Source: Thermoanaerobaculia bacterium
Lineage (GTDB): Bacteria > Acidobacteriota > Thermoanaerobaculia > UBA5066
Assembly: GCA_963719225.1 (NCBI GenBank)
Contig: CAVRAY010000001.1
Location: 1,696,001-1,760,000, forward strand
Reading direction: 5' to 3'
DNA: 64,000 nt
Position 1 is the stretch's first letter. The number at the start of each line of letters is the position of its first letter. The position numbers and the translations under genes are program-made. Below, in pieces: positions 19,239 to 28,516 of the stretch. Below the pieces are notes generated by a model that was given only the letters and a program-made list of their open reading frames with translations, did no database searches and was not told the origin of the DNA.

Positions 19239-20263
19239 GGAAACCGGGAATAGAGATTTCTGCGAATGAAAGAACGGGCCGCCGCGGCGCGCCGCGGCGC
19301 TCTTCCTCTTCACCATTCATAGAAACTCTTTCTCTTCCGACTCCCTTCCCCGTGGGACCCGTCAACGTTCACGTGATCCTGCGCGATCCCATCACGTTGA
19401 TCGATTCAGGACCTCTCACCGAGGAAGCCTGGGGTGCGCTCAAAGCCGGTCTCGCCGGCCTCGGCCTCGGAATCTCCGACGTGAAGCGCGTCCTGCTGAC
19501 GCACGGCCATCAGGACCATTACGGCCTCGCCGAGAAGATAGCCGGCGCGTCGGGGGCGAGGCTCTACGGCGGGAGGCTCGACCGCCGAAATTTCCGGCAG
19601 GAAAGGAGCCACGGCCTGCTCCTCGAGGACATGGCCCGGGCGGGGTTCGGGCTTCTGCCGCGCCTCGCGGTCGTCGCTTCCGTCACCGCCGTGGACCGCT
19701 TCGCGAAGCCGCTCGAAGCGTGGGACGAGCTCGCGGGGGGAGAGACCATGCCGGGAGACGGCTGGTCCGTCGTCGTGCGGTCGACGCCCGGCCACACGCC
19801 GGGCAGCCTCACGTTTTCGATTCCGGAGGCGGGGGTCGTCTTCACGGGAGACACCGTCCTGAAGGAGATCACGCCGAACGCGGTCGTCGACGAGGATCCC
19901 GAGAAGGCCGGGCGCCCTTTTCGCAGCGTCACGCGATATTTCGAGACGCTCGACGAGCTCGGCCGGACGAGCGGCGACGCGACTCTTCTCACGGGACACG
20001 GCGCGCCGGTCACGGACTGGTTCGCCCATCGTAGGACCCTCGACCGGCATCACGGACTCCGCATCGGGCAGATCGAACGGGAGCTGTCGAAGGGACCGGC
20101 GGCGGTATGCGACCTCGTGGCCGCGATCTTCCCCCGCGTGAAGACACTCGAAATCTTCCTCGCCTACAGCGAGATCCTCGGCTTCCTCATGTATCTCGAA
20201 GATGAGAAGCGCGTCGTGAAGCTCGCCGAGGAGACGCGGAACCGCTACCGGCTGGCTGGCTGA
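19229..20263 (+). CDS. MBL-fold metallo-hydrolase
   Basis: 'LTHGHQDHYG', 'TPGHTPG', 'FTGD' and 'GHG' motifs. Start uncertain (GTG 19229 overlapping the upstream stop). Confidence 0.85.
   Translation: MVLGKPGIEISANERTGRRGAPRRSSSSPFIETLSLPTPFPVGPVNVHVILRDPITLIDSGPLTEEAWGALKAGLAGLGLGISDVKRVLLTHGHQDHYGLAEKIAGASGARLYGGRLDRRNFRQERSHGLLLEDMARAGFGLLPRLAVVASVTAVDRFAKPLEAWDELAGGETMPGDGWSVVVRSTPGHTPGSLTFSIPEAGVVFTGDTVLKEITPNAVVDEDPEKAGRPFRSVTRYFETLDELGRTSGDATLLTGHGAPVTDWFAHRRTLDRHHGLRIGQIERELSKGPAAVCDLVAAIFPRVKTLEIFLAYSEILGFLMYLEDEKRVVKLAEETRNRYRLAG
19248..19336. repeat. Paired dispersed motif, locus 7 (MBL N-terminus)
   Basis: Plus copy GAGATTTCTGCGAATGAAAG. Minus copy GAGTTTCTATGAATGGTGAAGAGG. Confidence 0.65.
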
Positions 20264-20273
20264 CGCGATTTCC

Positions 20274-20948
20274 TCAGCGGCAGCGGATACTCAGCGACGA
20301 GGCCGTGTCCTCCCCGACGGGGGTGTTCCTGAGGTTGTTGTCGCGCTCGCGAAAGTCGGCGCGGCGGCCTCGGTAACCGGGCTGCTCGTAGAGGGTCAGG
20401 ATGCAGCCGGGTGACACGTCCACGGAGCTCGCCATGCGGGAGCCGAACCGCGTGCGGTCGAGGTCGGGAACGTCCCGATCGAAGAACGCGCTCGGCCCGC
20501 GTCCCTCCCGGTCACGGTAGAGGACGGCACCCCGGCGCTCGGACGGCCGGGATCGCTCGACCACGGGTGGTGCGGGCTCGACGGGCGGCCGCTCGCCCGG
20601 ATGATGCCCGCGGCAGTTCACGCGCATCGAGGAAGCCCGGTCTTCGCCGACCATCGTGTTCGAGAGGTCGTTGTCGTTGTCGCGGAACACCGTGGATCGG
20701 CCGCGGTAACGGGGGAATTCATACAGGACGGCGACGCAGCCGGGCGACACGGCGATCGAGCTCGCCTTCCGGTTGCCGAACTTCGTGTACCTCAGGTCCG
20801 GCACGTCGTCGTGGAAGGTCTGTCGTGAGCCGCTCAGGTTGCGCTCCCGAAAAAGCGTGACACCTTCGGCACGGAGGTTCCCGCCGGCTGCTATGGCGGA
20901 CGCGGTCAGGGCGGTAACCACGAGAGAGCGGAGTCGTTCCATTTGCAT
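20274..20948 (-). CDS. Secreted protein with two beta/gamma-crystallin domains
   Basis: Signal peptide, then an internally duplicated unit 'ASSI.VSPGC...LYE.P.YRGR...FR..DN.L.NT.VGED.ASS'. Confidence 0.8.
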   Translation of the reverse strand: MQMERLRSLVVTALTASAIAAGGNLRAEGVTLFRERNLSGSRQTFHDDVPDLRYTKFGNRKASSIAVSPGCVAVLYEFPRYRGRSTVFRDNDNDLSNTMVGEDRASSMRVNCRGHHPGERPPVEPAPPVVERSRPSERRGAVLYRDREGRGPSAFFDRDVPDLDRTRFGSRMASSVDVSPGCILTLYEQPGYRGRRADFRERDNNLRNTPVGEDTASSLSIRCR

Positions 20949-21049
20949 GAGCCCTCCCAGGACGAACTTTACCGCACGAACGCGGCCCGACGAGCGTCGC
21001 GTCACGCGGGAGATTACTTTGCTATTCTCCCCGTTCGGAGGACCGCCAG

Positions 21050-21910
21050 ATGGCCGATGAAATGAAGGCTTCCACGCCCCTGAGTGCCGGTTCGACCGCT
21101 CCCGATTTCACGCTTCCAGCTCGCTCGGGCAAGACGATCTCCCTGCATGACTACCGGGGCAGCAAGGACGTATTGATCTATTTCTACCCGAAAGACGACA
21201 CACCCGGATGCACGCGCGAGTCGTGCAGCCTGCGCGACGCCTGGGGCGAGCTGCAGGGCGCCGGCATCGAGGTTCTGGGCATCTCGCGCGACGACGCGGC
21301 GTCTCACAATGCGTTCGCCGCCAAGTACAACCTGCCCTTCGAGCTCCTGACGGACGCCGATCACGCCGTTCACGAGGCGTACGGCGCCTGGGGCCAGAAT
21401 CCGAATCCCGCCTGGGGAGTCGGTCCGCTGCGCAAGTCGTTCCTCGTCGGCAAGGACGGGGTCATCCGCCACGTCTTCGACAAGGTCGACACCGAGCACC
21501 ACGCCGAACAGGTCCTCCGGGCCGCGGGCGTCGCGGTCGCGCCGAAGCCCGCTCCGGCCCCCGCGCCCGCGCCCGCGCCGAAGCCCGCAGCTCCGGCAGC
21601 CGCTCCGGCCCCGAGGCCTGCGGCCCCGCCGACCCCGAAGCCGCCCGCCACGCCCGCGCCGAAGCCCGCGGCTCCTGCGGCCGCTCCGAAGAAGAAGGCG
21701 GCTCCCAAAAAGAAAGCGGCGGCGAAGAAAAAGCCCGCGAAGAAGAAAGCGGCGAAGAAGTCCGCTCCGAAGCGAAAAGCCGCCCGGAAGTCCGCGCCGA
21801 AGAGGAAATCAAAGGCGAAAGCGGCGAGGAAATCCGCACCGAAGAGGAAGAAGGCCGCCAAAAAGTCTCGCAAGCCGGCAAAGAGGCCGGCGAAGCGGAA
21901 GAAGCGCTGA
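21050..21910 (+). CDS. bcp: Peroxiredoxin (BCP/PrxQ) with Pro/Ala linker and Lys-rich histone-H1-like tail
   Basis: 'YFYPKDDTPGCTRESC' motif. C-terminal PAPAP repeats followed by KKKAAPKKK repeats. Confidence 0.88.
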   Translation: MADEMKASTPLSAGSTAPDFTLPARSGKTISLHDYRGSKDVLIYFYPKDDTPGCTRESCSLRDAWGELQGAGIEVLGISRDDAASHNAFAAKYNLPFELLTDADHAVHEAYGAWGQNPNPAWGVGPLRKSFLVGKDGVIRHVFDKVDTEHHAEQVLRAAGVAVAPKPAPAPAPAPAPKPAAPAAAPAPRPAAPPTPKPPATPAPKPAAPAAAPKKKAAPKKKAAAKKKPAKKKAAKKSAPKRKAARKSAPKRKSKAKAARKSAPKRKKAAKKSRKPAKRPAKRKKR

Positions 21911-21996
21911 AGAAGCGCTGAAGAAGAGTTGAACCCGCGGCGAGGGCGGGACGCGGCGCGCGCCGTGTCCCGCTGAGCGGCTTCTGGAAAGAGCAC

Positions 21997-22707
21997 ATGG
22001 CCCGACTCACGAAGCAACAGATGAAGACCGATCAGCTCCAGCACGCGCTGACGGATGCGCGCGACTATGTCGTGACGCACCGGTCGGAGACGACCCGCTG
22101 GGCTCTCATCGCGGGCGGCGCGGTCCTGGTCGTCGGCGGCCTCTGGGGTGGACTCGTCCTGAGAAATGGCCGTCTCGCGGCGCGCCTCTCGTCCGCGCTC
22201 GCGCTGTTCGATGCGCCGCTCGCGTCCGACGCGGCTCCCCCTCCCGGCGCGCGCGTCTTCAAGGACGTCGCAGAACGAACGGCGGCGGCGAAGGCGGAGC
22301 TGGCGTCCCTCTTGAAGGACGCGCCCTCTTCCGCGGCCGGACGCGCGGCGGCGGTCGTCGTGCTTTCGCTCGACGGTCCGAAAGCGGCGACGGGCGCGAA
22401 CCTCGACGCCGCAAAGGCCTTCGCGAAGTCCGAATGCGGCACGGTCGCGGCCGGAGTCGCGGCCGTCGCGGCGATCGACGCCGAGGCGGCGGCCGGCCGT
22501 CCGAAGGAAGCGCTCGAGACGGCGAAGAAGTATCTCGAGGCCAGCGACTCACCCGTGTCGAAAGACGTCCTGGTTTTCACGATGGCACGTCTCTACGAGC
22601 AGACGGGTCAAAATGTCGAGGCGAAGAGCTTTTATCAGCGCCTCGTGACGGATTTTCCGGATTCCCCTCTCCGGACCGACGCCCAGCAGAAGCTCGCGAA
22701 CCTCTGA
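21997..22707 (+). CDS. Membrane-anchored tetratricopeptide protein (YfgM-like)
   Basis: N-terminal 'LTKQQMKTD', one TM helix, and a C-terminal TPR 'EAKSFYQRLVTDFPDS'. Confidence 0.7.
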   Translation: MARLTKQQMKTDQLQHALTDARDYVVTHRSETTRWALIAGGAVLVVGGLWGGLVLRNGRLAARLSSALALFDAPLASDAAPPPGARVFKDVAERTAAAKAELASLLKDAPSSAAGRAAAVVVLSLDGPKAATGANLDAAKAFAKSECGTVAAGVAAVAAIDAEAAAGRPKEALETAKKYLEASDSPVSKDVLVFTMARLYEQTGQNVEAKSFYQRLVTDFPDSPLRTDAQQKLANL

Positions 22708-22713
22708 CGCGCC

Positions 22714-23886
22714 GTGAAGCGTCGCGTCATCGTCGTCGTCTGCGATGGCCTCGGCGTCGGAACGGCGCCGGACGCGGCGCTCTTTGGAGACGAGGGCAAG
22801 AAGACGCTCCAGCATGTCCTTCGCGACGGAACGCCGCATCTTCCGAACCTGGCGAGCCTCGGCCTCCTGCACACGATGTATGAAGACGCCCCTGCCGGTT
22901 TGCCCGCGCCCGCGGGCGCTTTCGGGCGCCTCGCCGAGGCGTCTGCCGGGAAGGACACGACGACCGGTCATTGGGAGCTGATGGGGCTCACCCTGGACGT
23001 CGCCTTTCCCCTTTATCCGGATGGGTTTCCTCCCGAGGTCGTCGAGCCGTTCGAGAAGGCGATCGGGCGGAAGGTCCTGTGGAACAAGCCGGCGTCGGGG
23101 ACGACGATCCTCGAGCAGCTCGGCGACGAGCACGTGAGGACGGGCCGGCCCATCCTCTACACGTCGGGCGACTCCGTCTTCCAGATCGCGGCCCACGAGG
23201 GCGTCGTCCCGATCGAGACCCTCTACGCGTGGTGCGCGGCGGCGCGCGGAATCCTGAAACCTCCGCACCAGGTCGGCCGCGTCATCGCCCGGCCCTTTGT
23301 CGGGGCGAACGGAAAATACCAGCGTACGCATCGCCGAAAGGACTTCACGGTTCCGCCCTCCGGCGAAACGCTTCTCGACCGCGCGAGTTCGCGCGGCCTC
23401 GAGGTGCACGCCCTCGGCAAGATCGAGGACATTTTTTCGGGGCGGGGGATCGCCACGGCGGTGCACACCGTCTCGAACCGCGACGGCATCGAGAAGACCA
23501 TCTCCGCCATCCGCGATCGCGACGACGACTTCGTCTTCACGAACCTCGTCGACTTCGACACCAAGTACGGGCACCGCAACGACGTCGTCGGCTACGCGAA
23601 GTGTCTCGAGGAGCTCGACTTCTTCATGCCCGAGATGGTGGAGTCTCTTCGTCCGGCCGACCTCTTGATGCTCTCGGCGGACCACGGGGGCGACCCCTCC
23701 GACACGTCCACCGATCACACGCGGGAATACGTCCCGATGGTCGCGGCTGGCCCGGGCGTGGTCGGCGGAGCCGACGTCGGCACGCGGAGGACGTTCGCCG
23801 ATCTCGGCGCCACCGCCGCCGAGCACCTCGGAATCCCGCCCGTCGGCGGCACGAGCTTCCTCGGCGCGATCTTTCCGGCGGCCTGA
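22714..23886 (+). CDS. deoB: Phosphopentomutase
   Basis: 'GKDTTTGHWE', 'YTSGDSVFQIAAHE', 'NLVDFD..YGHRND' and 'TDHTREYVP' motifs. Confidence 0.94.
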   Translation: MKRRVIVVVCDGLGVGTAPDAALFGDEGKKTLQHVLRDGTPHLPNLASLGLLHTMYEDAPAGLPAPAGAFGRLAEASAGKDTTTGHWELMGLTLDVAFPLYPDGFPPEVVEPFEKAIGRKVLWNKPASGTTILEQLGDEHVRTGRPILYTSGDSVFQIAAHEGVVPIETLYAWCAAARGILKPPHQVGRVIARPFVGANGKYQRTHRRKDFTVPPSGETLLDRASSRGLEVHALGKIEDIFSGRGIATAVHTVSNRDGIEKTISAIRDRDDDFVFTNLVDFDTKYGHRNDVVGYAKCLEELDFFMPEMVESLRPADLLMLSADHGGDPSDTSTDHTREYVPMVAAGPGVVGGADVGTRRTFADLGATAAEHLGIPPVGGTSFLGAIFPAA

Positions 23887-23981
23887 CCTCGAGCAGGCGG
23901 GCGCGACGTACGACCCGCCTTCTCCTCCTATACTGCGTCCAGCTCTCACATGACGATAGCGCCGACACGGGGAGGCTCCTG

Positions 23982-24419
23982 ATGGGCGATGCCGTGGATT
24001 CCAGCACCCTCGACCTCTTCGAGAAGAGCCTCGCGCGGTGCGAGGCGCGGCCCGACTTTCTCGACCTCTTCTACGGGAGGTTCATGGCCTCGTCGCCCGA
24101 GGTGGCGGCGAAGTTTGCCGGAACGGATTTCGTGCGGCAAAAACGTGCGCTGAAGGCCTCTTTCCATCATCTCCTTCTCGTCGCGAACGACCGCAAGCAG
24201 GGTCCGGACGCGTACCTTTCGGACGTCGCGGCGCGGCATGGATCAGGGCAGCTTGCGATCGGCGCCAGCCTCTACGATTTCTGGCTCGACAGTCTCCTCG
24301 CCACGGTGAGGGAGTGCGATCCGGAGTGGTCCCTCGAGATCGACCATGCATGGGAAGCCGTGATGATGGTCGGCATCCACTACCTCTGCCAGAGTTACCA
24401 CGGCCGGCACGAGAAGTGA
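23982..24419 (+). CDS. Single-domain globin
   Basis: RBS GGAGG precedes the ATG. 'FLDLFYGRF..SSPEV..KF..TDF..Q' and proximal His 'VAARHG', then 'Y..WLDSLL'. Confidence 0.8.
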   Translation: MGDAVDSSTLDLFEKSLARCEARPDFLDLFYGRFMASSPEVAAKFAGTDFVRQKRALKASFHHLLLVANDRKQGPDAYLSDVAARHGSGQLAIGASLYDFWLDSLLATVRECDPEWSLEIDHAWEAVMMVGIHYLCQSYHGRHEK

Positions 24420-25615
24420 CGGCCGTTCTCGCCGTCATTCTGTTTCTGTGGCTTTTCCGCGCGTCAAACGTCGCTCTGAGCTTCGCCCTGATTCCGCGGA
24501 TCGCGCCGGCGCCTCGGCGAGAGCCCGGCGCGCCTTTCGTGTCGATCGTCGTCCCGGCGCGAAACGAGGAGCGCGACGTCGAGGGCGCAACGCGCAGCAA
24601 GTGCGCTCAGGATGATCCCTGTTTCGAAGTCGTCGTCGTGGACGACCGGTCCTCGGACGGCACGCGCCGCATCCTCGCGGGCCTCGAGCGAGAGCTCCCG
24701 GAGGTCCTCCGGGTCGTCGACGGGGTCGAGCCGCCGGTGGACTGGCTCGGAAAGCCGCATGCGCTCCACGAAGGCGCTCGCGCGGCCCGGGCGTCGCGGC
24801 CCCACGACTGGCTCGTCTTCTCGGACGCGGACGTGTACTTCGAGCCCGACCTCCTCGCCCGGTCCCTCGCACATGCGAATCGGCATGGGCTCGAGTTCCT
24901 GGCTCTTCTGCCGACCCTCGAGGCGAAGACCTTCGGCGAGAAGCTCATGGTCTCGACCGTCCCCGCCGCGGCGTTCTGCTACTTCCCCGGCTGGCTCATG
25001 AACGTCCCGTCCGCCCGTCGTTTCGGAGGCGGGGGAGGGATTTTCAATCTGATCCGGCGGGACCTCTTCGACCGCATTGGCGGGCATGAAGCGCTCAGGG
25101 CTTCGGTCGTCGACGACATCCAGCTCGGCCGCAATGCCCGCATGGGCGGAGGGCGGACGGGAATCGCGATCGCGATCGACTCGGTGCGAGTCCGCATGTA
25201 CCACGGATTCGGCGAGATCGTGAAGGGACTGGAGAAGAACGCGTACTTCGCCATGCTCGGCAGCCTCCCTTTGGCGGTGTTCGTCCTAAGCGAGTTTTTC
25301 TTAGAAGGTGAATTGCCCTTCGCGGTCCTTCTCGGCGGCGTGCTCGAACGGGCGCTGGCCCGCGGCGCCGCCGTGGCCCCTGCTTTCTTCACCTTCAAAG
25401 AAGTCCTTCTTTCTCTCTCCATCGTCGCGCTGACGATCCTCGTCCGCGGCGCCGTCGACCTTCGCCTCCGCCTGGGCCTCTTCTCGACTCTCCTGCATCC
25501 CCTTTGGGTCGCGGCTCTCTCGTGGATCTTCGGCCGCTCGGCCTGGGTCAACGGCGTTCTCCATCGCAATGAATGGAGAGGACGGGTTCGGGACGCGCGC
25601 GCCCTTCGGCCCTGA
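24416..25615 (+). CDS. Family-2 glycosyltransferase, membrane-bound (CrtQ/HpnB-like)
   Basis: 'SIVVPARNEE', 'VVDDRSSDGT', 'WLGKPHAL', 'FSDAD' and 'VVDD' motifs. GTGA overlap with the globin gene. Confidence 0.87.
   Translation: MTAVLAVILFLWLFRASNVALSFALIPRIAPAPRREPGAPFVSIVVPARNEERDVEGATRSKCAQDDPCFEVVVVDDRSSDGTRRILAGLERELPEVLRVVDGVEPPVDWLGKPHALHEGARAARASRPHDWLVFSDADVYFEPDLLARSLAHANRHGLEFLALLPTLEAKTFGEKLMVSTVPAAAFCYFPGWLMNVPSARRFGGGGGIFNLIRRDLFDRIGGHEALRASVVDDIQLGRNARMGGGRTGIAIAIDSVRVRMYHGFGEIVKGLEKNAYFAMLGSLPLAVFVLSEFFLEGELPFAVLLGGVLERALARGAAVAPAFFTFKEVLLSLSIVALTILVRGAVDLRLRLGLFSTLLHPLWVAALSWIFGRSAWVNGVLHRNEWRGRVRDARALRP
25293..25420. repeat. Paired dispersed motif, locus 8 (GT2 gene)
   Basis: Plus copy TTCTTAGAAGGTGAA (25298-25312). 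Minus copy TTCTTTGAAGGTGAA (25402-25388) with a purine tract. Confidence 0.8.
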
Positions 25616-25622
25616 CAAAGAG

Positions 25623-26105
25623 CTAGGGGACGACGATGACCGCGAAATTCGTGTTGTTGTCCTCGTTCGTCTCGACGAGTGTTTCCGTGAAGTCGGCCTT
25701 CGCCCGAATGGTGTAGTGGCCGGTCTGCCACGCCTCCGTCTCCGGACCGAGGACGACGGCGCTGTTGCTGACGGGGATCCCGGGAGTGTCGAGCTTGACG
25801 ACGCTCGTGGCGCCGGCCTCGACCGGCGGATCGAACCGGCCGGACCCGATAAGGAGAAGCGGACAAACGCCGGGGCCGGCGACGCACCAGGCTCCGAGCG
25901 TGGTCGGGGGCGTCGGGGCGAAGCCGATGTTCGACACGGTGAAGCGTAGCCGGACGTACCATTTTCCGAGCTTCCGCTCCTTCTGGTAGTCGACCCGCAC
26001 GATCAGGTCGGGGCCGCCCGGGGTGTCGGCCGGTTGCGGCCTGGATGGCACCCCGAGCAGGGGCATGGCGGCGGCGAGCAGGGCGGCGATTGGTGTGTGG
26101 CGCAC
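25623..26105 (-). CDS. Secreted CARDB (Ig-like) domain protein
   Basis: Signal peptide, 'PDLIV', 'TVSNIG' and C-terminal 'AD....LVETNEDNN'. RBS precedes GTG 26105. Confidence 0.72.
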   Translation of the reverse strand: MRHTPIAALLAAAMPLLGVPSRPQPADTPGGPDLIVRVDYQKERKLGKWYVRLRFTVSNIGFAPTPPTTLGAWCVAGPGVCPLLLIGSGRFDPPVEAGATSVVKLDTPGIPVSNSAVVLGPETEAWQTGHYTIRAKADFTETLVETNEDNNTNFAVIVVP

Positions 26106-26182
26106 GGTCCTTCCCTTCTTCGTCGAACGTCTTCGCGTCACGGGCTCTCGAAGACGAAGTGTTCCCGCTGTTACGTGTGGGA

Positions 26183-26236
26183 AATCTGGGGCCACGCCTC
26201 GCGAAGATCTCGCTGGATTCCTGAACGATACGTGAC
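26183..26236 (-). promoter_or_regulatory. Conserved promoter copy 1 (TCACG-N6-TCAGG-N7-CGAGA-N15-GCCCCAGATT)
   Basis: Same elements and identical spacing as the copies at 28457 and 31357. Confidence 0.65.
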
Positions 26237-26270
26237 CATTCCCTGAAAGGCGCCGGCGGCGCAAACGGCG

Positions 26271-28391
26271 TCAGCGGCCGAGCGTCACCGAGAAGATCTG
26301 GTTTCGGCCGCCGGCCTGCGCCCAGAGGACGCGCTCGCCCGCGACGTCGAAGTGGGTGACGCCCCGGTCGAAAGGTCGCACGCGCGCGACGGGCTTGCCC
26401 GAGGCGGCGACCTTCCAGAGACCCGCGAACTCGCCCAGTCGCGCAAAGTAGATGGTGGATCCGTCGGCGGAGAACGCGGGCTCGTGCCCGTCCGCCGCGA
26501 TTCGCCGGGGTCCCCCGGCCGTACCGAGGACGAAGACGCCGTTCGTCTCGGCCGAGCCGGTCTCGGCGGGGCCGCTCCACGCGAGGGTCGAGCCGTCGGG
26601 CGAGAAGCGGATCGCGTCGTAGACCTGACCCTCCGCGAGGCGGGCCTCGCGCCCCGTAACCACGTCGCGAACGAGGAGCGCCCGGCGCCCGTCGGCGAGC
26701 GGCTCCTCGACGGCCACGCGCTTCAGGTCGCGGGAAACCGCGAACGACGTGGTCCGGAAGGAGAACCGCGTCACGACCCGCCGGACCAAGGTCGCGATGT
26801 CGACCACGAGAGCTTCCGTCCCGCCGTCCGGCGCGTCGACGAGGTAGGCCACGTTCGACGAACCGGCCCAGCATGGATCGTGGGCGGCCCCTTCGCTCAA
26901 GGTGGTTCGCCGGAGCGACGAGAGGTTCGTCAGGACGACGACATCGTCCGTCTCCGTCCTCGTCAGGACGCTCGCGGCGAGGCGGCCGCCGGGCGAGAGG
27001 CGCGGCCGCTGGTGATAGTCGTCGTTCGTGAGGCGGCGGCCCTCGCTGGCCGGCGGGCCGTCGGCGAGATAGAGATTCGACAGGTCGCTGCCGTGCGAGA
27101 AGAGGAGTGTCTGGCCGGTCGGCGAGGCCGTGGGAGAGGAGAAATCCCCGATCCCGAGGGTCAGCGGGTCGGGCCGGGACGAGGTCCGCGCGACCATCCA
27201 GAGAATGAAACGGCCGCCCCGCCGGCCGGCGAATATGAGCGTCTCGCTGTCGGCCAGCCACGTGATCCCGTAGAGTTGCCCCGGTTCCTTGAACAGGGCT
27301 TTCGTCTCCCTCGAGGCGAGGTTGCGCACGTAGAGGTGACCGAGGCCGCCGTTCGGGTCGCTCGTCGTGAAGGCGAGCCACTTTCCGTCCGGGGAGAAGC
27401 GGGGAACGAATCCCACCGGAGCGATCTCGGCGTGCTCGCCGAGGCGGTCCGGCGGACCTCCCCAGAGAGCGTGCCCGCCGAGGTCGTGCTTCGTGTAGGC
27501 GACCATTTTCCCGTCGGGTGAGAAGCCGGCGCCGCTCGCTCCCGGAATCCAGAGCCTCGGCGCGCCCCCCATACTCCCGACCCGCCAAAGATCGGGCAGG
27601 TGCGTGCCGTCCTCGCCGCTCCGGAAACGGGAAAAGACGATCTCGTTCCCGTCGGCCGTGAAGACGGGCATGTCGCCGCTCGCGCCGATCGCCTCGGTCA
27701 GGCGCCACGCCGTTCCGCCATGGGGGGCCATGACGTAAATATCGAGGTTCGTGGAGCTCTGCGGCTCGTACGAGACGTACGTGACGATCTTCCCGTCCGG
27801 GGAGAAGGCCGGTTTCACGGCCGTCGAGAGGCCGGTCGTGACCTGGCGGAGCGTCCCGGCGGAAGGCGCGAAAGGCCGGTACCACGAGATCGCCGGCGCG
27901 GAAGCCGACTCCTTCCGGCGCGAAATGAGCCGAGGCACGACGAGGACGAGGCCGAACAGGACCGCCGCCGCGCCGAGGGCGACGAGAGCCCGCTTCGAGC
28001 GGCGCGGCGAAGGAGGGGCGTGCGCCGGTGCCGGTGTGGCCGACTCCGTCGCGTCCACCGGGCCCGGAGCCGGCAGAGCCGTTGCGGCGCCGTCGAGTGG
28101 CGCCACGAACCGGAACCCCCTTCCGTGGACGGTCCGGATGACTTCCTGGTCCGTCGCCTCGGCGATCGCCTCGCGCACCTTCCGGATCGAGTGGTGGAGG
28201 GCCGACTCGCTGACGACCTTCACGTCCCAGACCTTCTCGATCAGCTCCTCTTTCGGAACGACGCGGTCGCGGTTCCGGACGAGATAGAAGAGGACGTCGA
28301 GGGCGCGCGGCTCCAGCCGGACCGGCTGGCCCGCCCTGTAAAGCTCGAACCGCTCTTCGTCGAGCTCCATCCCGAGAAATGCGTAGATCAC
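26271..28391 (-). CDS. CadC/ToxR-like membrane-anchored regulator: wHTH + TM + TolB/PD40 beta-propeller
   Basis: 'LEPRALDVLFYLVRNRDRVVPKEELIEKVW...IRTVHGRGFRF' (Trans_reg_C), TM 'ALVALGAAAVLFGLVLVV', and repeated 'FSPDGK'. Confidence 0.88.
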   Translation of the reverse strand: MIYAFLGMELDEERFELYRAGQPVRLEPRALDVLFYLVRNRDRVVPKEELIEKVWDVKVVSESALHHSIRKVREAIAEATDQEVIRTVHGRGFRFVAPLDGAATALPAPGPVDATESATPAPAHAPPSPRRSKRALVALGAAAVLFGLVLVVPRLISRRKESASAPAISWYRPFAPSAGTLRQVTTGLSTAVKPAFSPDGKIVTYVSYEPQSSTNLDIYVMAPHGGTAWRLTEAIGASGDMPVFTADGNEIVFSRFRSGEDGTHLPDLWRVGSMGGAPRLWIPGASGAGFSPDGKMVAYTKHDLGGHALWGGPPDRLGEHAEIAPVGFVPRFSPDGKWLAFTTSDPNGGLGHLYVRNLASRETKALFKEPGQLYGITWLADSETLIFAGRRGGRFILWMVARTSSRPDPLTLGIGDFSSPTASPTGQTLLFSHGSDLSNLYLADGPPASEGRRLTNDDYHQRPRLSPGGRLAASVLTRTETDDVVVLTNLSSLRRTTLSEGAAHDPCWAGSSNVAYLVDAPDGGTEALVVDIATLVRRVVTRFSFRTTSFAVSRDLKRVAVEEPLADGRRALLVRDVVTGREARLAEGQVYDAIRFSPDGSTLAWSGPAETGSAETNGVFVLGTAGGPRRIAADGHEPAFSADGSTIYFARLGEFAGLWKVAASGKPVARVRPFDRGVTHFDVAGERVLWAQAGGRNQIFSVTLGR

Positions 28392-28456
28392 GTCCGCCGT
28401 CCGCCGCCGAGTATTCCCCGAGGTGCCGCGCCGGACAACCGGGCCTTCAGGCATTC

Positions 28457-28516
28457 GTCACGATTTCTTCACGGGTCGGGCGAGACTCCAGGCGGCACGC
28501 GCCCCAGGTTGTCGGC
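28457..28516 (+). promoter_or_regulatory. Conserved promoter copy 2 (TCACG-N6-TCACG-N7-CGAGA-N15-GCCCCAGGTT-N6-ATG)
   Basis: Near-identical to 31357-31416. Divergent from the wHTH regulator. Confidence 0.72.

Noticed and set aside
21540-21925. Short tandem-like repeats resembling an array
   Set aside because: Explained by the Pro/Ala and Lys/Ala coding repeats of the BCP tail. There is no constant repeat-spacer periodicity and no cas genes, so not CRISPR.
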